Source of the DNA: Pseudogymnoascus verrucosus
Lineage: Eukaryota
Assembly (NCBI GenBank): GCA_001662655.1
Contig: KV460221.1
Length of the DNA stretch: 20,000 nucleotides
Strand: one strand, 5' to 3'
Position 1 is the first letter of the stretch. Each line of letters opens with the position of its first letter. Position numbers and translations under genes: made by a program. The notes below the pieces were generated by a model that did no database searches, had not been told where the DNA came from, and worked only from the letters and a program-made list of their open reading frames with translations. Of this stretch, positions 11,358 to 19,135 are shown piece by piece.

Positions 11358-11864
11358 GGGGTAGGGTATGATGGGGACGAACGGACTGTGGTTGGGGTTG
11401 AGATGGTGGGCATGAGTTTGGCGCTTGGAGTTTGATGTATAGCGATATGATAGATACCAGGGTGGTCTGTTTTGCAGCGAGCGTCCGGGACATGGAATGT
11501 TTTGCTTGCTGGGTCGTCGATTTCAGGGGTTTTTATCACGAGGCTCTAAGATAATATAACGAGAATACGGTTTGTAAACATAGAAGAACAGCTCTGAAGG
11601 ATCAAATGATTTCAATCCCTCCCTCCTTTCGCAGTCAAACCCCCAATGATCGTGTATTACCCCCCTTCCTCAGCCTCCCTTCCTCAGCCTCCCTTCCTCA
11701 ACCTCCCCCTTCCCCATGCCACCCGCCCACCCAACTAGCGAAACGCCCACCCTCCTTTCCCAACCATAACAATCCCCAACCCAAACCCGCAACCTCTGGC
11801 CCCCAACCCATCTAGCGAACCACCCACCCCCTTATAAACCCCCTTTAACCCCCCTCCTCCCAGC

Positions 11865-11957
11865 GGCACAGTGGCGCAGTGGTAGTACCACTGTCTGGAC
11901 AATCTGGCCAGCGGAGGATAAATAAAGGGGATATGGGTTCGGTTCCCGGCGAGGGAG
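11865..11957 (+). pseudogene. Degenerate tRNA-like element (Pol III A box + B box); tRNA pseudogene, SINE head or TFIIIC site
   Basis: A box TGGCGCAGTGG (11872-11882), B-box/T-arm-like GGG-TTCGGTT-CCC (11935-11947), and TATAAA at 11833-11838. The acceptor stem does not pair and no anticodon can be assigned. Confidence 0.45.
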
Positions 11958-12049
11958 GGAAATGGATGGATAGAAAGAGATTTGGAAACGAGCGATTAAC
12001 GACAATAACAAACTACAAAAAGTAAAATCATAAAAAGATGATTTTCTCC

Positions 12050-12086
12050 CTCATCAGATATCAAAATCGAAAGGATATCTGATGAG
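12050..12086. repeat. Perfect 13-bp inverted repeat with an 11-nt loop
   Basis: CTCATCAGATATC (12050-12062) / GATATCTGATGAG (12074-12086). Confidence 0.9.
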
Positions 12087-12164
12087 TATTTTGCATTTTT
12101 GACCTTCTGACTTACCTTTTTTGTTTATAAGTCTTGCACGCACCTTTTTGTTGAGCCCCCTCTG

Positions 12165-12184
12165 AATCAATCAATCAATCAATC
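12165..12184. repeat. (AATC)5 microsatellite
   Basis: Read directly from the sequence. Confidence 0.9.
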
Positions 12185-12261
12185 TTTTTGCCTTAGTTTG
12201 TTACTTCGCTGTGATGGAGGTGAAATTGTGAATAGGGAGAAGTGACAACCTTTGCAGTATC

Positions 12262-12465
12262 AACACAACAGCTTGGACACGACAGCCAGCAAGGAACACA
12301 ATACCTCTTCGAACACAACAGCACGAACAAACACAACGCCTAGAACGTAACAGCAAGAATAAACACAACGCCTCGGCGAGCACAAACGCCTCAAACCAAA
12401 CACAACAGTCCGCCTGACTGCAACATCTCAAACAAAAACACCACCTTAAAATCAACAACACAACA
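12262..12465. repeat. Dispersed AACACAAC motif array
   Basis: Exact copies at 12262, 12312, 12330, 12362 and 12399, plus several one- or two-mismatch variants. The 13-mer AAACACAACGCCT occurs twice (12329, 12361). Confidence 0.8.
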
Positions 12466-12677
12466 AATCAAAATCCAAAAGATCACCAACAACAACACAC
12501 AATTACAAACACGCGGAAAGATCTTGTTACTATGATTTAAAGGTATCTTTTTACTCCTCCCAACAACCCACCCACCACGCACGCACGCCGTACACCTAAG
12601 CTCACCTATATATCTCATTCCAATCCCCCTCCGGCAGCAAGCGCCATACCCACCACAACCGCAAGCAATCAAGCCTC

Positions 12678-14569
12678 CTACGCCGTCTCGCCCTCTTCCG
12701 GTCTGCGTGCCGTGAGGACATAGCTATTTTCGTCAGCCGTGCTCTTTTTCCACAACACAATTTCGTCCCATTTCCTGCACACACAACAAGCCGAAACCTC
12801 GGAACGAACAGGGGATTCGAGGTGGGGAAGAGAGAGAAGAAGAAGATAAGAAGAAAAAAGAAAAACTCACTAAGGCCACCAACCATGGATCCCCCTATCC
12901 TTAACCTCCTTCCTCACATTCACCAAGAACACCAGCACTTCCTCCTCCGTCCACCCAAGCGCCTTCACAAAAACCCTCATAGTCATAACCTCCATCCCGC
13001 TCAACAGATTCTCCATCTCCCACGCCCCGAGGACCTTCATCCGTGTATCCTTCGGCCACGTATTAATGGGCAGTTTAAAGATCTTGAGGTTTATATCGAC
13101 GAAACCGCGCTCTTCGAACCAGCCCTTCCAGCGGATGGGGTCATCAATGGGGGTGCCGAACATGCGGGAGGAGGTGATCAGGTTGGAGGCGAATTGCTCG
13201 AGGGCGCCGCCGGGGGGGACGGTGTTGTCGTCGCTGCCAAGGAGGGCGGTTACGGCTTGGAATTCTACCCAGCCGCCGGGTTTGACGTGGCTTGGGGGGT
13301 GTTAGTTTTGGGGTTTATCGCGGGGTAGATGGTGGGGCTGGGGAAGGGGGGTGGGGGGGTGGGCATACGTGTAGCATTGGTCTATCAGCTTAGGCCAGTC
13401 GCGAATGCAGTAGATGAGGTCGCGGAGGAAAATGAGGTCGAAGCTGTTCTTACTCCACATCCAAGGCTCTTCCATGTCGTCGAGCTCGAAGCGGCAGTTC
13501 GGGGGGACCCTGGTGGTTGTTAGTACTTGGGGGCCAAAGACGGGGATCAGGGGTCGTGTGTTGTGGTGGGGGGGTTACCATTCTGGTTGGGTGGGTGCGA
13601 TGTCAACTCCGATGACCTGGGTATGTTAGATCATGATATCGATATAGTGGGTAGCTGGGGAACTCACCTCAGCGGATGGGTATTCATCGGCGACATCGAT
13701 ACACCAAATTCCTAAACCAACATATCAGCCACGCCCCTACCAACATTCAGGATCAACCCACCAGTTCCACAACCCAAATCCAAAATCTTCTGCGGCGAAT
13801 CGCCAATCGGTGCCAAGAAGCGTTTTTTCTCAAGGAGCCCATAGTACTTGGCATGCGACATATCCAGACGGTTCAACTCCGTGTCGTCCATTGGGAGTCC
13901 ATACTCTGCGATACGCCGGTGTGGTCAGCCGGTGTTCATTGATGAGTTAGGGGACGCATGGGTGCGCTGCTTACCCTCTTTCCCATACACCGCGTACGTC
14001 CTGCCGCCCTCGGCGACCTCGCCGCGCAGCACAGACGAAGTTATGGAGGTGAACGCGCTGCCGCCGGCAGAACTACCAGAATCAAAGGCCTGGATCGCGG
14101 CACGTTAGCATCCACAACATAGCTACCCGCTTCACAGCCAGCAGAGTGGGGTTGCAGCAGGTGTCTTACCTCATCATCGAAGTCCGCGAGCGCATCATTC
14201 TGCGACAATAGTTAGCAGCTGCGTGCGGGAAGTGCGGGAGGGCGAGGTGGGGCCATGAAACCGCATCGTGTCTTGTCAGAGAGGGACGTCAAAGTCTCTC
14301 TCCCTAGCATCGTATGCGTCTCTTAGTTAGCCTCCACCCACAGCGCTAATGCTCACCTCGTCCACCACGATCTGGTGTTCCTGCTCCTCGACGGGGTGAA
14401 GCTGAGCGGCAGTAGGCTCGGCAGTGGTGGTGGTAGTGGCTACAGGTTCGGCGGTAGTAGCGGTGGTTGTGGTGGCTACAGGTTCGGCAGTTTCAGCGGC
14501 GGTTGTAGTGGCCACAGGAGCGGGCGTTTGGGCCGAGGCTGCGGCGGCTTGCGCCAGCGGTTCGGTCAT
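12678..14569 (-). CDS. LaeA-like class I SAM-dependent methyltransferase (Methyltransf_23/TAM-like), ~396 aa, 9 exons
   Basis: Exons 14569-14357, 14199-14170, 14089-13975, 13905-13762, 13711-13668, 13616-13579, 13509-13369, 13290-12871, 12723-12678 (1191 nt, in frame). The spliced product reads TSITSSV...GRTY...YGLPMDDTELNRLD...[58 protein letters not shown]...FDLIFLR...DWPKLIDQCYTHVKPGGWVEF...WPKD...LGWTEEEV...YVLTARRP, which is typical of the fungal LaeA-like (Llm) family. Confidence 0.92.
14400..14530 (-). repeat. Coding tandem repeat (A/E)PVATTT(T) x3-4 in the methyltransferase N-terminus
   Basis: Exon 1 peptide reads APVATTTAAET-AEPVATTTTATT-AEPVATTTTT-AEPT. Confidence 0.85.
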
Positions 14570-15726
14570 GGTCTGTCAAGGTCGGGGAGAGGGGTATAAT
14601 GGAGACAAAGGGATCTGAAGGGGGAAGGGAGAGGGGGGGGAGGGAGTAAGAAGTAAGATCGATGGAAGGGTCGTAGTAGTAGGTAGTGGTGGTGGGCGCG
14701 TAAGATGCGATTCAGTTGTCGCGACGGCGGACAGCGATAAAATCCGGTACGGCTCGCACCTCCCGCAGGACAGATGGCATTGAGTTTCGTTCGGCCGTGG
14801 CAGGTATGACGATGGATTGGCTAGGATTTAATGCCCGCGATGGTAATCCCCGCAAGGATTAACGGTGCAAACGGGTAGGGATGTGGGATCTGGTGGGCGA
14901 GGAAGGGTGTTGCATGTGTTGCAGTGTTTATGCAGAGTAATGTAGAGATTTCCCCGGCTGCATTCCGGTTCGTTGGCCGTGGATGGTGGAGGGGGAGTGT
15001 TAATCTATGGAGGGGTGGGTATTATGTAGGTAGGTTTGTGTGTGTACGACTATACGAGTTATGTGTTGCTCGTATATAGAGTATTGATATCTTGTTATTG
15101 AGGTAAATAGTAGTTATTGTTAGTATAGTGTTGTAGGTGGATATTATTGTATGTAGGAAGGTATAAAAGGACAGGTATAGGATGGGATGAACGGGTGGTG
15201 AGAGAGGAGGGGTTTAGAGGGTTCAAAGAGGGGTCTGTGTGCAGATTGGGGTGGTTTTCTATGGCTTTGAGGGTTTTGTGTGGTTGTTTTGTGATGTGTT
15301 GTCCGCGGCGGAAGTGGGGTTATCGGCAGCGTAGAGTAGCTAAAGGGAGCTAGAGTGGACTAGAGTATCGAGATAGATGCTAGTGGTAGCTAGAGTAGTA
15401 TTAAGTCAGACCGATGAGGCACGTGGGCGGGGTATTTTCGTGTAGAGGGGTTAGAGAGGGGTATCCTAGGGTTATCCCTGATAATGCTGATGATTCTGAT
15501 ATGCTGAATATGCATGTTTACGGGTACGTATGCGTCTGTTATGGCTATGAATGCCTGCGATTGGAAGGAACGACTATGGACCACGTCGCCGCTGAAGAAT
15601 TGCTGTGCATAGTACTCGCTTTAGGTTTAAACGGTAAGCTCCACTGAAGAATATGCAACAGGGTCATGGCGTATGCATTTGGATCTGATCCAGCCACTGT
15701 TACACGGGGGATTTGCAAGGGTGAGC

Positions 15727-15790
15727 GTATGGGTGGTGTAGGGGTGGTTGTATGGGTGGTGTATGGGTGGTGTATGGGTGGTGTATGGGT
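15727..15790. repeat. 11-bp minisatellite (GTATGGGTGGT) x~6
   Basis: Read directly from the sequence; one degenerate copy. Confidence 0.9.
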
Positions 15791-15919
15791 AGGTGAGTAT
15801 ATACCGAGTCGTAAATAGTGTGCCATATGACCGTACTTATATGAGTGATCAAAAACTGGGAAATGGGTTAGATGGTGGTTGGTATGTCTAAGGTTGATCT
15901 ACTGTGCTAAGCTTGCCAG

Positions 15920-15963
15920 TAGTCCTCTAGTAGCCCTCTAGCAGCCCTCTAGTAGTCCTCTAG
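15920..15963. repeat. 11-bp minisatellite (YAGYCCTCTAG) x4
   Basis: tagtcctctag-tagccctctag-cagccctctag-tagtcctctag. Confidence 0.92.
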
Positions 15964-16595
15964 TCAGAAGAAGTAGAAGGGAGTACTCGGCTAAGGAGGG
16001 GTCAATCAGCTCGACTAGCTCCACAGCCCTTCGGAGTGTGTGCGGAGTTTAGCTATAGTAGCTATAGTAGTGTACACCACTACAGATCGGAGGAGAGGGC
16101 CAAACAGGGGATCGAGCAAGCAACCTCGGGGGTTAGGAGTGGAGTGGAGAGTCCAGAGTCAATAAAACAGGCTACGAGACAGACTACGACTCAGACTACA
16201 CAGGCCATGGCTGACTACGACTCAATACAACACCATACAGCTCGAAATGACAGGCAACGACAGGCTGGAACTGCCTCGGACAAGACACGCCCACTGGCTC
16301 CCTGCAGGATGCATCTGAAGCAAGAGTCTCGTTCACTCCCACCATCCACGGCAAGGCGTCGTCCCAAGACATCCCATTCCGTCCCTCCCTCCCGTCCCTA
16401 CCGCCCCATGTCGTCCTCCACTATCGCCCACTCCCACCCACCCGCTAATTCACCTTCACATCCGGTCCCCCCCCCCAATAACTGAGACCATCCCACCGCT
16501 CTCGCTCGCAACCCACCTCCCCAAGCACAGACTTCCTCAACCACGCTGTCGGTAATCCAAACAACTCACTCCCTTGCACACAACACACTGCCAAA

Positions 16596-17897
16596 ATGAC
16601 GGAACCAGCATCATCTCAAGATCACAAAATCAACAGCGCCCTCGTCGAAGCCGAGAAGCTAGTCGCGCAGCTCAAATCCTACACCGGCACCACCGCGGAG
16701 CACCTCGCCCTGCTCACCCAAAATGAGGCGATCCGCACTCAGCTCGAAGAGCCTTTCGACTCCGTGAACCGCCTTCTCGAGGAGCTCGCCCTGACCGGCG
16801 CCCTCTACATGGCCATCGAGATCGGGATCCTGGACAAGCTCCCCGCCGACGGGAGTTCCGTCAGCGCCGCCGACCTCGCGGCGGCTGCTAATGTCGATAT
16901 CTCGGCTGTCACGCGCTGCATGCGCGTTTTGGCTAATAAGAGCTTCGTTGTTGAGACGGCGGCGGATGAGTACAAGCACAATGCGCTCTCGCAGGTGTGT
17001 CGCCCTGATGGCCTCGGCGCGCTGTTTTTGCTCAGTATGGACCTGCATAAGGGGTGGGCCGCGCTGCCGGAGTACTTCAAGACGCATGCGCCGGAGGATT
17101 TGTACGATCTGAAGAAATCGCCCATCGCGTACGCGGTCGGGAAGGAGGGGCTGTCGTACTACGAAGTCCTAAACCTGGATGTTACGACGAGGAATATTTG
17201 GAACAAGGCTATGCAGGTTGCCGATAAGGCGATGCCTATCCTTGGGATGTTCCCGTTTAAGGAGATGAAGGAGCAGGTGGAGAGGGAGCCGGAGAGGGCG
17301 TTCGTGGTTGATATGGCTGGGGGGAGGGGACAGGCGCTGTTGGCGATCCAGGAGGAGTGTCCGGGTGGATTCGGCGGGAAGTTGATTCTGCAGGACTTAC
17401 CGATCGTTATTGACTCGCTCGCGCCTGAGGAGATTCCTAATATTGAGGCTACGGTTCATGATATCTTCACCCCGCAGCCAGTTAAAAGTAAGCTACCCCT
17501 CCCTCCCCCTTCCCCCCTCCCCTGTCACGGTCATGTGAGTCGGAAGAACGCCCGCGCTAACTCGCACCCCCCCCTAGACGCACACATCTACTTCATGCGC
17601 CGCATCCTCCACGACTTCTACAACCCCGTCTGTCTCGAGATCCTACGCAACACCGTCCCCGCCATGGGCCCTGACTCGCGCCTCATCGTGTGCGACATGG
17701 TGATCCCGCAGCCTGTCGAGGTTGGGGGGAATGCGCATCCGTACTGGATGGATTTCTCGCTGATGCTGATTAGTGGGAAGGAGAAGACGATGAGGGAGTT
17801 TGAGGGGATGTTTGAGGAGGTTGGGTTGGAGCTGGTGAAGGTTTGGCCGTCGGTGTTGGGGGCGACGGTTATGTTGGAGACGAGGTTGAAGAGGTAG
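16596..17897 (+). CDS. COMT-type (Methyltransf_2) O-methyltransferase of secondary-metabolism type, ~403 aa
   Basis: Exons 16596-17487 and 17578-17897. The 90-nt intron is A|GTAAGC...GCTAAC...TAG. N-terminal winged-helix dimerisation region, motif I VVDMAGGRGQ, LILQDLP, HDIFTPQPVKNAHIYFMRRILHDF, and a C-terminal GKEKT..EF...GLELVKVW. Confidence 0.93.
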   Translation: MTEPASSQDHKINSALVEAEKLVAQLKSYTGTTAEHLALLTQNEAIRTQLEEPFDSVNRLLEELALTGALYMAIEIGILDKLPADGSSVSAADLAAAANVDISAVTRCMRVLANKSFVVETAADEYKHNALSQVCRPDGLGALFLLSMDLHKGWAALPEYFKTHAPEDLYDLKKSPIAYAVGKEGLSYYEVLNLDVTTRNIWNKAMQVADKAMPILGMFPFKEMKEQVEREPERAFVVDMAGGRGQALLAIQEECPGGFGGKLILQDLPIVIDSLAPEEIPNIEATVHDIFTPQPVKSKLPLPPPSPLPCHGHVSRKNARANSHPPLDAHIYFMRRILHDFYNPVCLEILRNTVPAMGPDSRLIVCDMVIPQPVEVGGNAHPYWMDFSLMLISGKEKTMREFEGMFEEVGLELVKVWPSVLGATVMLETRLKR

Positions 17898-18713
17898 ATA
17901 GTCGTTGGGGATCGGCGGGGGGGGGTGTTTTCAGGATGATAGTGATATGTTTTCAGGATGATAGTTCTTGGTTGGTTATCATATCGATCTCATTTCTTCG
18001 CAGACTAATTGACTCGTTTCCACGTGCTATCCTCCACTTCGTCTCTACATCCTCCTGCTCAACAGAAAACCAATTGTAATCCCCCTCTTCTCAAATAATT
18101 TCACGACACAACCCACATCCCAATATCCCGCACCACGATAGCAATTCAGCCTGTACAACCGAGCATGCAGATGCATGACATGCATCCCCCCATCACAGCT
18201 ACGCCACCATCATCTCATCCCATCTCCCCCCACCACCCTGCATCGGAGGGAAACTCCGATCCCGCACACAACACACCATAGCATACTTTACCATCGCGAT
18301 ATATTAACGATCTTCTAGTGGGGCAGGCTGTTTCGAAATTGGATGTTCGTCTGTTCATTATTTGGTTCGGCCTTTCCCTCGAGCTTACCCCGCCGGGTGG
18401 GGGGGTGAGCGGGTACAGCCGGTGGAGCTAGTTTGGGGGGTTGGGTGCTGATCGTAGAGATGCTGTGCTGGATGGCGGCGAGCTGCAGATTGAGGGTTTG
18501 TTATGGCAAGAATGATAAAGGGGAGGGTATTTGAGTGCAAGAAACGCGTATATTTTGTCTGGTCTGTTATGTTGGATAAGAGTGGTTTATGGGTATAATT
18601 TGTAAGAAGTGATTTTGAATATTTGCAATTATTTACATGATATTTTATCAGATATCCCCCAATAAAAATAAAAACTACACAAAAACCAAACTTTAACCTC
18701 CACCCTACCACCA

Positions 18714-18878
18714 ATGCAAGCTTCGCTGGGCTCCGCCAGTACCCGACAGAGCACCGCATGAACGTAACTGTAATTATATTCAGAGCTTGGATCAGGGGAA
18801 AAAGATACCATTCCCCCCAAGGTCGTCCAGAAAACACGTGCCACCACAACCCCGCCAAAAGCGGTGAGAGCGGACACG
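18714..18878 (-). ncRNA. Candidate structured non-coding RNA (three consecutive hairpins), family unassigned
   Basis: Hand-folded stems at 18878-18837, 18821-18786 and 18759-18714. Their G-U pairs form only on the minus strand. T-runs follow at ~18685-18665. Confidence 0.3.
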
Positions 18879-19135
18879 ATGAGGCAAAATCACCAAATTA
18901 GTCCTAGCGTAACTACTCTAGATCGATAGCTGGGCCGCATGGCATAAAGTCGCGTCGTTGGTGAAAGGGTCTGGGCTAGTTACTATAACGAATTCCAGTA
19001 CGACGTAACCTTGACGACTATATTCAGAATTCTCCTGCCGACAATCAGACAACTACTGGGTAGAAGCGGCTTGAATACCCAAACGGGAGATATTTATAAG
19101 GAGAATCCGGAAATAAATACAAAGGCATAGTCGCG

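Noticed and set aside
11865..11957. Functional tRNA gene
   Set aside because: The acceptor stem (GGCACAG vs CGAGGGA) and D stem do not pair, and the T-loop lacks the conserved A. Kept only as a tRNA-like element.
12063..12092. Hammerhead ribozyme (CUGAUGA and GAAA both present)
   Set aside because: Only ~6 nt separate GAAA from CUGAUGA, leaving no room for stems I and III. On the other strand there is no stem II.
12262..12465. CRISPR-like repeat-spacer array
   Set aside because: Repeats are only 8-13 nt with irregular spacing, the context is eukaryotic, and there are no cas genes.
12822..13328. 168-aa plus-strand ORF and other short ORFs over the methyltransferase gene
   Set aside because: Antisense shadows of the spliced minus-strand CDS.
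15466..15475. Telomerase RNA template-like TAACCCTA on the minus strand
   Set aside because: An 8-nt match is expected by chance. No pseudoknot or CR4/5-like element was recognised.
16036..16485. 149-aa ORF upstream of the O-methyltransferase
   Set aside because: GTG start, low complexity and no homology cues; more likely promoter or leader sequence.
18385..18877. 157-aa and 82-aa minus-strand ORFs upstream of WBP11
   Set aside because: Non-ATG starts, no recognisable domain, and composition unlike the genuine genes in this window.
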